A stretch of DNA of 63,915 bases, filler included, from Octopus bimaculoides (lineage: Eukaryota): assembly GCF_001194135.2 (NCBI RefSeq). It is 7 parts of 7 records of this genome, joined end to end, with 100 filler letters (N's around TTAATTAATTAA, not from the genome) between each part and the next. Parts side by side here need not be neighbours in the genome. Positions count along the whole stretch, not along the records: positions 22,541 to 39,428 come from NC_069009.1; positions 39,529 to 49,708 come from NC_068983.1; 5 more parts are not named here. One strand, given 5' to 3'. Position 1 is the stretch's first letter; the number at the start of each line of letters is the position of its first letter. The position numbers and the translations under genes are program-made. Below the pieces are notes generated by a model that was not told the origin of the DNA, ran no database searches, and worked only from the letters and a program-made list of their open reading frames with translations. Positions 26,411 through 41,741 of the stretch are shown piece after piece.

Positions 26411-26746
26411 TACAAGGGGGTACCAAAAAGTAACCGGAAATGTTCTGTGTGACAAACCCATTGTAGTTCAGGCTTCCACTGCTAGAAGCCATTTGATGTG
26501 ACCCTCGGGCATCAGCCTGCCATCCAGCAACATCCTGTACAGTTCTACTGCCATGTGGTGTGTCTTTGTTTTGCAGTGCATCTCCCCTGTTCAGTAATTT
26601 TTGCTTTGAACAGTGGAAAACACATCTGGACTGATGCTTTGTTTCAAATGGAGAATACTTTGAAGGTGGTAAAAGGGTACACATGTAAAATTAAGTGAAT
26701 AAAATAACATTGAAAAATTCTAGTTTCTTTGGGGTACCTCCTCATA
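26411..26746. mobile_element. mariner-type MITE
   Basis: TA-flanked imperfect TIRs TACAAGGGGGTACCAAAAAG and CTTTGGGGTACCTCCTCATA. Confidence 0.6.
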
Positions 26747-27063
26747 TACAATGTGCTTCTTTCAGTTTCCGTCAACCAAATCCATTCAAAATGATTTGGT
26801 TGGCTTGGAGCTATAGTAGAAGACACTTGCCTAAGGTGACTTGCAGTGGAACTGAACCCAGAAAGATGTGGTTGGGAAGCAAGCTTCTTACCACACAGCC
26901 ATGCCCAATGTATGTATGCATAGTTGTTTGTATTTTGACACAAGTAAAAGAAAAAAAAAAAGGATTCAGGGCTGTTTGTTTATATCTTATGACTTAGAGG
27001 TGCATCAAGCAGAGTTTAAAAAAGCAGTGCCAGACAAAAAATATAAAATATATTAACATATAC

Positions 27064-27464
27064 AGGTGTAGGAGTGGCTGTGTGGTAAGTAGCTTGCTTA
27101 CCAACCACATGGTTCCGGGTTCATTCCCACTGCGTGGCACCCTGGGCAAGTGTCTTCTACTATAGCCTCGGGCCGACCAAAGCCTTGTGAGTGGATTTGG
27201 TAGACGGAAACTGAAAGAAGCCCGTCGTATATATGTATATATATATGTGTGTATGTTTGTGTGTCTGTGTTTGTTCTCCCAACATCGCTTGACAACAGAT
27301 GCTGGTGTATTTACGTCCCTGTAACTTAGCAGTTCGGCAAAAGAGACTGATAGAATAAGTGTGGGCTTACAAAGAATAAGTCCTGGGGTCGATTTGCACG
27401 ACTAAAGGCGGTGCTCCAGCATGGCCGCAGTCAAATGACTGAAACAATTAAAAGAGTAAAAGAG
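27064..27464 (+). mobile_element. Full-length tRNA-derived SINE family A (CORE-like hairpin)
   Basis: Box A TGGCTGTGTGG, box B GGTTCA(T/G)TCCC, GGCACC(T/C)TGGGCAAGTGTCTT, internal TA/TG microsatellite, tail TGACTGAAAC..(AAAAGAGT)n. Confidence 0.88.
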
Positions 27465-27988
27465 TATACAAGCAGTGACATCTATTGACTAATCACTTAA
27501 GGACCATGCTCCAGCATGTTCGTGATCTGATAGCTAAAGCTAATAAAAGAATAAAAGAATTCTCTCTTTAGAAACGGTTCCACAGAATGGTTAAAATGGT
27601 GCCCTCATTAAAACAACCTTAGTTATTTATATCACCTCCTCTTTGTTCTACCACTCCCCTATTCTTTCTGGGGTTTATTTTCGATCAAGCATTCTCCCAT
27701 TTTTAATAAATAAAGGATTCGTTCTTTCTTGTTGGGGGAATGAAGATTTAAAGAAAAATAACGCAGAAGAAGATTAATTGTTAATGAAAAGAATAAACGA
27801 GGATTTCATTTCTAAGAAAAAAAAAGAAAAAAGAAAATTATGTTCTCTCTAATTAGTTTTGTCTGATATAGTTTATTTCGCTAATTAGCTGTTTATTTTT
27901 AATAAATAATAAAAAAGAACTTGGTTCCGGTGGTGGGTTTGAGTGGTGGCGATGGGTTGCGGTGGTGGTGGTGGTAGGACAGAGTGAT

Positions 27989-28029
<41 letters not shown>

Positions 28030-28127
28030 TATCCTCTCCCTTCTCCCTACAGGTAACTTTTTTGGGAAAATAATGTTGCACTTGAAAACAGAATCTCTGA
28101 ATTTAATTTTTTAACACACATTTTTGC

Positions 28128-28166
<39 letters not shown>

Positions 28167-28689
28167 CACTAATGAGTTCCAATTTTTGCACAAGGCCAGT
28201 AATTACAGCGATGGGGTAAAGCCGATTACATTGAACACCCCCACACCCTCACCACAGAGTTCAGTTGCTACTTATTTTATTGATTTGGCAAAGAATTAAA
28301 AGCAGAGTTGACCCAAGACAAAGTTCGAACTCAGAACGTGGCTGTGTGGTAAGAAGTTTGCTTCCCAACCGTATATTTCGGGTTCAGTCCCACTGCGTGG
28401 CACCTTAGGTGGGTGTCTTCTACCATAGCCTCGAGCTGACCAAAGCCTTGTGAGTGGATTTAGTAAACAGAAACTGAAGGGAGCCAGTCATATACATAAT
28501 CATGAATAAGGGCCAAAAGACAACATTTTCTTTGCCAATATGCTGAAAAATAGACACTAGACAGTGTCTATTTTTCAGATTACCGATAGGACTTGCTTTC
28601 TATATTGTGTCTGTGTACAAGCTTTTTATCTCTCTATACTTTTCACTAATATTTCTTATATATTTTTTATATTTTTTTTCCATATTTAT

Positions 28690-28860
28690 AGAGATATTTA
28701 CATTATTTACATTATTTACATTTGACGGATATTTGTCCTCATCTTGTTTGTTGTTAACACAACGTTTCGGCTGATATACCCTCCAGCCTTCGTCAGGTGT
28801 CTTGGGGAAATTTCGAACCTGGGTTCTCATTCCTAACGATGTTACTATTATTATATTATT
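28690..28860 (-). mobile_element. Second copy of the tRNA-hammerhead element (head presumably lost in the adjacent gap)
   Basis: Shares AGGAATGAGAACCCAGGTTCGAAATTTCCCCAAGAC...CAAACAAGATGAGGACAAATATCCGTCAAATGTAAATAATGTA with the 57 kb copy; runs into (AAT)n then Ns. Confidence 0.7.
28756..28801 (-). ncRNA. Minimal type I hammerhead ribozyme, intact core
   Basis: Minus strand: GACAC-CTGACGA-A-GGCTG(GAGGGTATAT)CAGCC-GAAA-CG-TT|GTGTT. Stem I GACAC/GTGTT, stem II GGCTG/CAGCC, stem III is the palindrome ACGT, triplet GUU, predicted cut between 28761 and 28760. Confidence 0.8.
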
Positions 28861-30053
28861 ATTATTATTATTACTATTACTATTATTAATCNNNNNNNNN
28901 NNNNNNNNNNNNNNNNNNNNNNNNNNNNNNNNNNNNNNNNNNNNNNNNNNNNNNNNNNNNNNNNNNNNNNNNNNNNNNNNNNNNNNNNNNNNNNNNNNNN
29001 NNNNNNNNNNNNNNNNNNNNNNNNNNNNNNNNNNNNNNNNNNNNNNNNNNNNNNNNNNNNNNNNNNNNNNNNNNNNNNNNNNNNNNNNNNNNNNNNNNNN
29101 NNNNNNNNNNNNNNNNNNNNNNNNNNNNNNNNNNNNNNNNNNNNNNNNNNNNNNNNNNNNNNNNNNNNNNNNNNNNNNNNNNNNNNNNNNNNNNNNNNNN
29201 NNNNNNNNNNNNNNNNNNNNNNNNNNNNNNNNNNNNNNNNNNNNNNNNNNNNNNNNNNNNNNNNNNNNNNNNNNNNNNNNNNNNNNNNNNNNNNNNNNNN
29301 NNNNNNNNNNNNNNNNNNNNNNNNNNNNNNNNNNNNNNNNNNNNNNNNNNNNNNNNNNNNNNNNNNNNNNNNNNNNNNNNNNNNNNNNNNNNNNNNNNNN
29401 NNNNNNNNNNNNNNNNNNNNNNNNNNNNNNNNNNNNNNNNNNNNNNNNNNNNNNNNNNNNNNNNNNNNNNNNNNNNNNNNNNNNNNNNNNNNNNNNNNNN
29501 NNNNNNNNNNNNNNNNNNNNNNNNNNNNNNNNNNNNNNNNNNNNNNNNNNNNNNNNNNNNNNNNNNNNNNNNNNNNNNNNNNNNNNNNNNNNNNNNNNNN
29601 NNNNNNNNNNNNNNNNNNNNNNNNNNNNNNNNNNNNNNNNNNNNNNNNNNNNNNNNNNNNNNNNNNNNNNNNNNNNNNNNNNNNNNNNNNNNNNNNNNNN
29701 NNNNNNNNNNNNNNNNNNNNNNNNNNNNNNNNNNNNNNNNNNNNNNNNNNNNNNNNNNNNNNNNNNNNNNNNNNNNNNNNNNNNNNNNNNNNNNNNNNNN
29801 NNNNNNNNNNNNNNNNNNNNNNNNNNNNNAGACACCATTTCGAGCGTGGCCGTTGCCAGTATCGCCTGACTGGCCTTCGTGCAGGTGACACGTAAAAGCA
29901 CCCACCACACTCTCGGAGTGGTTGGCGTTAGGAAGAGCATCCAGCTGTAGAAACTCTGCCAAATTTAGATTGGAGCCTGGTGTTGCCATCCGGTTTCACC
30001 AGTCCTCAGTCAAGTCGTCCAACCCATGCCAGCATGGAAAGCGGACGTTAAAC

Positions 30054-30092
<39 letters not shown>

Positions 30093-30494
30093 ATATATAT
30101 TCTTTTACTTGTTTTAGTTATTTGACTGTGGCTGTGCTGGAGCAGTGTCTTGAGTGGTTTTAGTCGAACAAACCAAACCCAAGACTTATTTTTTTAAACA
30201 TAGTAGTTATTCTATCAGTGTCTTTTGCTGAACCGCTAAGTTATGGGAACGTAAACACACCAACACTGGTTGACAAGCAGTGATGGGAGACAAACACACA
30301 TGCACACACACACACACATATATATATATATACACATATATATATGACAGGCTTCTTTCAGTCTCCATCTGCCGAATCCACTCACAAGGCTTTGGTGAGC
30401 CCAAGGCTAAAGTAAAAGACACTTGCCCAAAGTGCCATGCAGTGGGACTGAACCCAGAACCATGTGGTTGAGAAACAAGCTTCTTACCACACAG

Positions 30495-30531
<37 letters not shown>

Positions 30532-31535
30532 CAAGTCAGGGTACAATATGCACCTGTTTGCTAGAAAGAAGAGTTAAAACTCTCCAAACNNNNNNNNNNN
30601 NNNNNNNNNNNNNNNNNNNNNNNNNNNNNNNNNNNNNNNNNNNNNNNNNNNNNNNNNNNNNNNNNNNNNNNNNNNNNNNNNNNNNNNNNNNNNNNNNNNN
30701 NNNNNNNNNNNNNNNNNNNNNNNNNNNNNNNNNNNNNNNNNNNNNNNNNNNNNNNNNNNNNNNNNNNNNNNNNNNNNNNNNNNNNNNNNNNNNNNNNNNN
30801 NNNNNNNNNNNNNNNNNNNNNNNNNNNNNNNNNNNNNNNNNNNNNNNNNNNNNNNNNNNNNNNNNNNNNNNNNNNNNNNNNNNNNNNNNNNNNNNNNNNN
30901 NNNNNNNNNNNNNNNNNNNNNNNNNNNNNNNNNNNNNNNNNNNNNNNNNNNNNNNNNNNNNNNNNNNNNNNNNNNNNNNNNNNNNNNNNNNNNNNNNNNN
31001 NNNNNNNNNNNNNNNNNNNNNNNNNNNNNNNNNNNNNNNNNNNNNNNNNNNNNNNNNNNNNNNNNNNNNNNNNNNNNNNNNNNNNNNNNNNNNNNNNNNN
31101 NNNNNNNNNNNNNNNNNNNNNNNNNNNNNNNNNNNNNNNNNNNNNNNNNNNNNNNNNNNNNNNNNNNNNNNNNNNNNNNNNNNNNNNNNNNNNNNNNNNN
31201 NNNNNNNNNNNNNNNNNNNNNNNNNNNNNNNNNNNNNNNNNNNNNNNNNNNNNNNNNNNNNNNNNNNNNNNNNNNNNNNNNNNNNNNNNNNNNNNNNNNN
31301 NNNNNNNNNNNNNNNNNNNNNNNNNNNNNNNNNNNNNNNNNNNNNNNNNNNNNNNNNNNNNNNNNNNNNNNNNNNNNNNNNNNNNNNNNNNNNNNNNNNN
31401 NNNNNNNNNNNNNNNNNNNNNNNNNNNNNNNNNNNNNNNNNNNNNNNNNNNNNNNNNNNNNNNNNNNNNNNNNNNNNNNNNNNNNNNNNNNNNNNNNNNN
31501 NNNNNNNNNNNNNNNNNNNNNNNNNNNNNNNNNNN

Positions 31536-31576
<41 letters not shown>

Positions 31577-31894
31577 GCTGTAATCAGGTGAGTGTATATG
31601 TATATGCTTGCATGTATAGTAATTCGAACATTGTCAACAATCGTGATAATATCTCAGGAGAAATTGGGAAATATTAAGCAACAATTGAAGACCTTTTGTT
31701 AGAACGGTAAATTCTTGAATGGCATTACATGTCTTGTACTAAGCCTCATCATGTGGTACATGGCAGAGAGGAGGAGCACATGTACATACATACATGCGTG
31801 CACATATGTATATAAATACAAGTGTACATATCTGTGCTTGTGTGTGTTATTTAATAGAGATGTGATGTGTAAATATATATATATNNNNNNNNNN

Positions 31895-31940
31895 TGTAAA
31901 TAATGTAAATAATTCCTCATCTCTTAAATATAGAACTGTA
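31895..31940 (+). mobile_element. 3' tail of a third copy of the same element
   Basis: TGTAAATAATGTAAATAATTCCTCATCTCTTAAATATAGAACTGTA matches the 57 kb copy tail. Confidence 0.65.
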
Positions 31941-32252
31941 TAGAGATATTGTTTTATATATTTTTTTACACATAGATTTTCTGTATTCTACCTTCCACCC
32001 TACATTTTTCCTGTGTGTACATAGACGTGCACATGGAACCTTTTGTGCGAGCATGTGGATGTGTGCGGTGTGGGTACGTGCGTATATAGACGTGTGTGTG
32101 TGTGCGTGCATGCGAGAATGTGCACATATAGACATCCGATACTCGGAGTTTTATCGTGGCTACCGAATAATTGTCACATATTATTTACAGATAAATTCCT
32201 CTATTTACATATCGAGGTCTCTTTCTTTCTTTTGTTGACTTATCTTTTCTAT

Positions 32253-32289
<37 letters not shown>

Positions 32290-33844
32290 ATTTTGAGCGT
32301 GGCCGTTGCCAGTACCGCCTGACTGGCTTCTGTAGGATTTTCGAGCGAGATCGTTGCCAGTGCCCCTGGACTGGCTTGTGCGGGTGGCACATAAAAGACA
32401 CCATTTCGAGCGTGGCCGTTGCCAGTATCGCCTGACTGGCCTTCGTGCAGGTGACACGTAAAAGCACCCACCACACTCTCGGAGTGGTTGGCGTTAGGAA
32501 GAGCATCCAGCNNNNNNNNNNNNNNNNNNNNNNNNNNNNNNNNNNNNNNNNNNNNNNNNNNNNNNNNNNNNNNNNNNNNNNNNNNNNNNNNNNNNNNNNN
32601 NNNNNNNNNNNNNNNNNNNNNNNNNNNNNNNNNNNNNNNNNNNNNNNNNNNNNNNNNNNNNNNNNNNNNNNNNNNNNNNNNNNNNNNNNNNNNNNNNNNN
32701 NNNNNNNNNNNNNNNNNNNNNNNNNNNNNNNNNNNNNNNNNNNNNNNNNNNNNNNNNNNNNNNNNNNNNNNNNNNNNNNNNNNNNNNNNNNNNNNNNNNN
32801 NNNNNNNNNNNNNNNNNNNNNNNNNNNNNNNNNNNNNNNNNNNNNNNNNNNNNNNNNNNNNNNNNNNNNNNNNNNNNNNNNNNNNNNNNNNNNNNNNNNN
32901 NNNNNNNNNNNNNNNNNNNNNNNNNNNNNNNNNNNNNNNNNNNNNNNNNNNNNNNNNNNNNNNNNNNNNNNNNNNNNNNNNNNNNNNNNNNNNNNNNNNN
33001 NNNNNNNNNNNNNNNNNNNNNNNNNNNNNNNNNNNNNNNNNNNNNNNNNNNNNNNNNNNNNNNNNNNNNNNNNNNNNNNNNNNNNNNNNNNNNNNNNNNN
33101 NNNNNNNNATTACAAGTCAGGGTACAATATGCACCTGTTTGCTAGAAAGAAGAGTTAAAACTCTCCAAACCCAAGCATCTCTCACTATATGTAAACACCC
33201 ACGGAAAAATGTTGCAAATATACAAAAAAAAAAAAAACAGTGGTCCCTATTCGTAAAACTACAAAGAGGAGAGTAGATGTCCCAGTAACAAATGATTTTG
33301 CTTTCTGTGCCAAAAGACACTGAAAGATCATCAGCTAGGCTTACTACATAAACTATTTTTTTAAATATATTTACCATTCCATGTGTGTCTGTTCAGCTGA
33401 AGGCCCCATGACTTCCAAATTCACATTAGTGAGCAAGCATAAATTCAAAATTCAAATGAGCTATCATTATCTTTAAAAAAATAATGATAAAGTGGCCAGC
33501 AAACATAATCAAATGTATATATATGTAGATATACAAATATATGTGTTTGTGTGTATATGTATCAACATAAAAGTATATATGCGAGAGTATGTGGCTAAAA
33601 TTGTGTGTATGTGTGTGTCTCTAAATATATGTGTTGCAACATCCATATGGACGTGTAAATGGTTATGAATGAGTATGTGTGTATATGTATGTAGGGATGT
33701 AAATGTGTGTATAGGAATGGGTGTAGAAGTATATGTGTGTGGCTGTAGGTGGTTATGTGTGCATAAAAATATAAATATGCATATATATAAGCAAACTGAA
33801 AATTAAAATTAACAAAACAACAAAGGTCAGTATATATATAATCT

Positions 33845-36510
<2,666 letters not shown>

Positions 36511-37041
36511 TGTGCATAATTAATGTATTTTAATAATTGCTGGCTGCAACTGATATGGACACTTTTTACATATTTATGAGGTCTTTGGGAGCAAATATTG
36601 GTTACCTAGGTAACAGAAGCTATCAACAGCTTCCTAAGAATTTTTCAATCTTTTGAAAGAATTTATTTTGCAGTTGCTCATATGGCTAAATACATTGACT
36701 TATCAATCGATTAAGGCTGATGATCAATTTTTCAACCTGGAGAAGAAGAGCTAAATTAGCCCCTGGTAGGTTACATATATTGTATCCTACCTTGATACTG
36801 TGTGGACTGAGATCCCTGTTGAGAGACCCCTAATCTTTAAAAATAAAATGTTAAACAGTTATGTTATGAAAATTTGTAAGCACAGGAGTGGCTGTGTGGT
36901 AAGTAGCTTACTTACCAGCCATATGGTTCCGGGTTCAGTCCCACTGCATGGCACCTTGGGCAAGTGTCTTCTACTATAGCCTCAGGCTGACCAAAGCCTT
37001 GTGAGTGGATTTGGTAGACAGAAACTGAAAGAAGCCCGTCG

Positions 37042-37082
<41 letters not shown>

Positions 37083-38409
37083 NNNNNNNNNNNNNNNNNN
37101 NNNNNNNNNNNNNNNNNNNNNNNNNNNNNNNNNNNNNNNNNNNNNNNNNNNNNNNNNNNNNNNNNNNNNNNNNNNNNNNNNNNNNNNNNNNNNNNNNNNN
37201 NNNNNNNNNNNNNNNNNNNNNNNNNNNNNNNNNNNNNNNNNNNNNNNNNNNNNNNNNNNNNNNNNNNNNNNNNNNNNNNNNNNNNNNNNNNNNNNNNNNN
37301 NNNNNNNNNNNNNNNNNNNNNNNNNNNNNNNNNNNNNNNNNNNNNNNNNNNNNNNNNNNNNNNNNNNNNNNNNNNNNNNNNNNNNNNNNNNNNNNNNNNN
37401 NNNNNNNNNNNNNNNNNNNNNNNNNNNNNNNNNNNNNNNNNNNNNNNNNNNNNNNNNNNNNNNNNNNNNNNNNNNNNNNNNNNNNNNNNNNNNNNNNNNN
37501 NNNNNNNNNNNNNNNNNNNNNNNNNNNNNNNNNNNNNNNNNNNNNNNNNNNNNNNNNNNNNNNNNNNNNNNNNNATATATGTATGTGTGTGTGTGTATAT
37601 GATGCTGGTGTGTTTATGTCCCTGTAACTTAGCGGTTCGGCAAAAGAGACTGATAGAATAAGTACTAGGCTTACAAAGAATAAGTCTTGGGGTCGATTTG
37701 CTCGAGTAAAGGTGGTGCTCCAGCATGGCCACAGTCAAATGACTGAAACAAGTAAAAGAGCAAAGAGTAAACAGATATATAAATTCACAACGATCGTCTT
37801 CCACATAGTTTCTGCCTTCTAAATTCACTCATAACACATGGGTCCGACCTTGGGTTGTAGAAGAAACAAGGTGCCCAAGATGTCATGCAGTGAGACTGAA
37901 CCCGAAAAGCACAGTGTTACAAAGCAAGCTTTTTAACCACACAGCCATACTTGCACCTATACTGTATCAAGATTCTGAGTAGTGTAATGGGCAGGGGAGT
38001 GGGGGGACACCATGAGCACCCAAGGAATGTAGTGAAATCTCAGGCAAGGGTGACAGGGAGTCAAGACTATCATGTAATCTGTATAGTACCTTAATAAGCA
38101 GGGCTAATTTGGCTATTTCTCTCTACAAAGCCTTGAGTGGATCTGGTAGACGGAAACTGAAAGAAGCCTGTCTTATATATATATATATATATATAATGCA
38201 CATCCAGGCATTTAAAAGAGTCTGTTTCTGGAGTGAAATGAAGTGTTTTGCTCAAGAACACAATGTATTGCCTGATCCAGGAATTGAAACCACAATCTTA
38301 CAACACCCTAACCACTGAGCCATGCACCTTCACATCCAGGTATTTAAGAGAGTCTGTTTCTGGAGTGAAATGAAGTGTTTTGCTCAAGAACACAATGTAT
38401 TTGTCCATC

Positions 38410-38830
38410 TATAGATTAGATTGATTGACAAATAGACAGACACAAAGACACACACAAAGATAAGCATAGATAGACAGATAGACAGTCAGATGAATAAATA
38501 AATAAATGGATAGACAGAGAGGCTGATAGATAGACAGACAGACAGACAGACAGAGAGGTGGACAGACAGTTAGACAGATAGATGGACAGACAGACAAATA
38601 GATAGATAGATGGACAGACAGAGAGACAAATAGATAGATAGATGGACAGACAGAGAGACAAATAGATAGACAGGCAGACAGACAGACAGACTGACAGATA
38701 GATAGATAGATAGATAGATAGAGAGATAGACGGATAGACAGACAGATAGATAGATAGACGGACAGACGAGATAGACCAAGAGTTAAGCAGATAGTGAGAC
38801 ACATTGATAGGCATAGATAATACATTGAAA
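38410..38830. repeat. (GATA)/(GACA) tetranucleotide microsatellite
   Basis: Directly visible. Confidence 0.9.
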
Positions 38831-38866
38831 GATAGATATACAAACAAATACATACCACTATAAGTA

Positions 38867-38944
<78 letters not shown>

Positions 38945-40112
38945 GGGGTAAGGACAAACAGACAGACAAATAGACCGTTCTCATAAATAAGGGAAATCAC
39001 TTTGTATTGATTTTTCACGTGACTTTTACACTAAGATTACTTTTTAATAGATTTAAGCGATCTGCCCCCCCCCNNNNNNNNNNNNNNNNNNNNNNNNNNN
39101 NNNNNNNNNNCCTCTCCAAGAGTATCCCAGCAGACACCGTTTTGATAAATGTCAGGGGTTACCTAGGAGCAGGGCTTCGTCGAACTCCCATACACACACC
39201 TTAAGGAACAGTTAGGGGCTGAGTAATAACAACAACAACAACAACAACAATGGTGATAAATAATAATAATAATCATTGTCGTTGTCAGCAGCAGCGGCAG
39301 CGGCGGCAACAGCAGAAAAGTAGCTTCCACCATCACCATCACCACCATCACCATCACCACCATCATCATCATCACCATCATCATCATCACCATCATCACC
39401 ATCATCACCATCATCATCACCATCACCANNNNNNNNNNNNNNNNNNNNNNNNNNNNNNNNNNNNNNNNNNNNTTAATTAATTAANNNNNNNNNNNNNNNN
39501 NNNNNNNNNNNNNNNNNNNNNNNNNNNNCTGTAACTGCCAAAAGTTAAGGATCACTTAGAAAAACAATGAAAAATGAAACAAAAACAAAAAAGAAACCCT
39601 TACTATTAATATTTTGTGAACATCCCTTTAGTGTCAATGACCTCTTGACATCTGTTACCACAGAACTGAATTCATTTCTTGCAAAATGATGGAGTAATAT
39701 TGTTCCTTTTTTTCTTTTATTTTTTCTTTCACTTGTTTCAGTTATTTGACAGTGGCTATGCTGGAGCACCACCATCAGTAGAGCAAATCGACTCCAGGAC
39801 TTATTCTTTGTAAGCCTAGTACTTACTCTATCGATCTCTTTTGCCGAACCGCTAGGCTACAGGGACGTAAACACGCCAGCATTGGTTGGGGGGACAAACA
39901 TATACACACACATACAGATATATATATGACAGGCTTCTTTCAGTTTCTATCTACCAAATCCATTCACAAGGCTTTGGTCAGCTTGACACTATAGTAGAAG
40001 ACACTTGCCCAAGGTGTCATGCAGTGGAATTGAACCCGGAACCATGTGTTTCGTAAATAAGCTACTTACCACACAGCCACTCCTACGCCTATATATATAT
40101 ATATAGTATGTA

Positions 40113-41740
40113 GTCATCATCATCATCGTTTAACATCTGCTTTCCATGCTAGCATGGGTTGGACGATTTGACTGAGGACTGGTGAACCAGATGGCTACAC
40201 CAGGCTCCAATGTGATTTAGCAGAGTTTCTACACCTGGTTGCCCTTTCTAACACCAACCACTCCGAGAGTGTCATGGGTGCTTTTATGTGCCACCAGCAC
40301 GAAGGCCAGTTGGGCGGTACTAGCAATGGCCATACTCAAAATGGTGTATTTTACGTGCCACCTGCACAGGAGACAGTCAAGCAGTACTGGCAAAGATCTC
40401 GCTCGAATGTCTTGGAGTGCCAGGAAAGCAACGCTGGTAACGATCATACTCAAATGGTGCTATTTACATGCCACTGGCACAGAAGCCAGACAGCTGCTCT
40501 GGCAATGATCACGCTCGGACGGCGCCATCACGATTTCGTTTTCACTTGCCCCAACAGGTCTTCGCAAGCAGAGTTTAGTGCCCAAAGAAGGAGACGTTGG
40601 CATGGGTGCCAGTCGTCAAATTTAGTTCGATTTCGATTTCACTTGCCTCAGCAGGTCTTCGCAAGCAGAGTTTAGTGCCCAATGAAGGAAAGGTACACAT
40701 AAGTGGGCTGGCTACACCCCTGGCAGAGGCCTTGGATTATGGTCTCACTTGGCTTGCCGGGTCTTCTCACGCACAGCATATTTCCAAAGGTCTCAGTCAC
40801 TAGTCATTGCCTCGGTGAGGCCTAATGTTCGAAGGTTGTGCTTCACCACCTCATCCCAGGTCTTCCTGGGTTACCTCTTCCACAGGTTCCCTCAACCGCT
40901 AGAGTGTGGCACTTTTTCACACGGCTATCCTCATCCTTTCTCGCCACATGACCATACCAGCGCAATTGTCTCTCTTGCACACAACAACTGATGCTTCTTA
41001 GGTTCAACTTTTCTCTCAAGGTACTTACACTCTGTTGAGTATACACACTGACATTACTCATCCATCGGAGCATACTGGCTTCATTCCTTGCAAGCTTACA
41101 CATGTCCTCAGCAGTCACGGCCCATGTTTCACTGCCATGTAGCATGGCTGTTCATACACATGCGTCATACAGTCTGCCTTTACTCTGAGTGAGAGGCCCT
41201 TTGTCACCAGCAGAGTGAACTTTGCCCAGGCTATTCTTATTCTAGCAGCTACACTTTCAGCGCACCCACCCCCACTACTAACTTGGTCACCTAGATAACG
41301 GAAGTTATTGACTACGTCTAGTTTTTCTCCCTGAAATGTGGCAGAAGTTGTTCTCTGCACATTTTCAGTGTTTATTGCTCCTGAACATCTGCCACATACA
41401 AAAACTATCTTCCTAGTTAACCTTCCTTTGATATTGCTGCACCTCTTATGTGTCCATAGCTTACACTGGGTACATCTTATAGAGTTTCTACCTATGCCTT
41501 TTCTACACATCGAGCAGGGCCATCTACCTGAAGGGGTTTGTGTTTTGTCTACCTTCCTACTTATAAGGACTTTGGTTTTAGCTAGGTTTTAGCTAAGGCC
41601 CTTCGATTCTAATCCTTCCTTCCACACCTGAAACTTCTCTTCTAGTTCTGATAGTGACTCAGCAATTAGTACAAGGTCATCAGCATAGAGGAGCTTCCAG
41701 GGGCATCCTGTCTTGAATTCCTGTGTCATTGCCTGGAGGA
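40113..41740 (-). mobile_element. 5'-truncated RTE-clade LINE (RT from YADD to the end, 3' UTR, (GAT)n tail)
   Basis: LLYADDLVL at 41687-41676, KTKV, PHD-like finger, FRYLG, MLHGSETW, LRWYGHV; (CAT)n tail at 40113-40126. Confidence 0.9.
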
Positions 41741-41741
41741 C

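Noticed and set aside
29830-33170. Apparent exact duplications 29830-29944 = 32397-32511 and 30528-30589 = 33109-33170
   Set aside because: Both are 100% identical and end at gap edges; the 760-bp contig 29830-30589 fits the gap 32512-33108, so it is most likely a misplaced contig.
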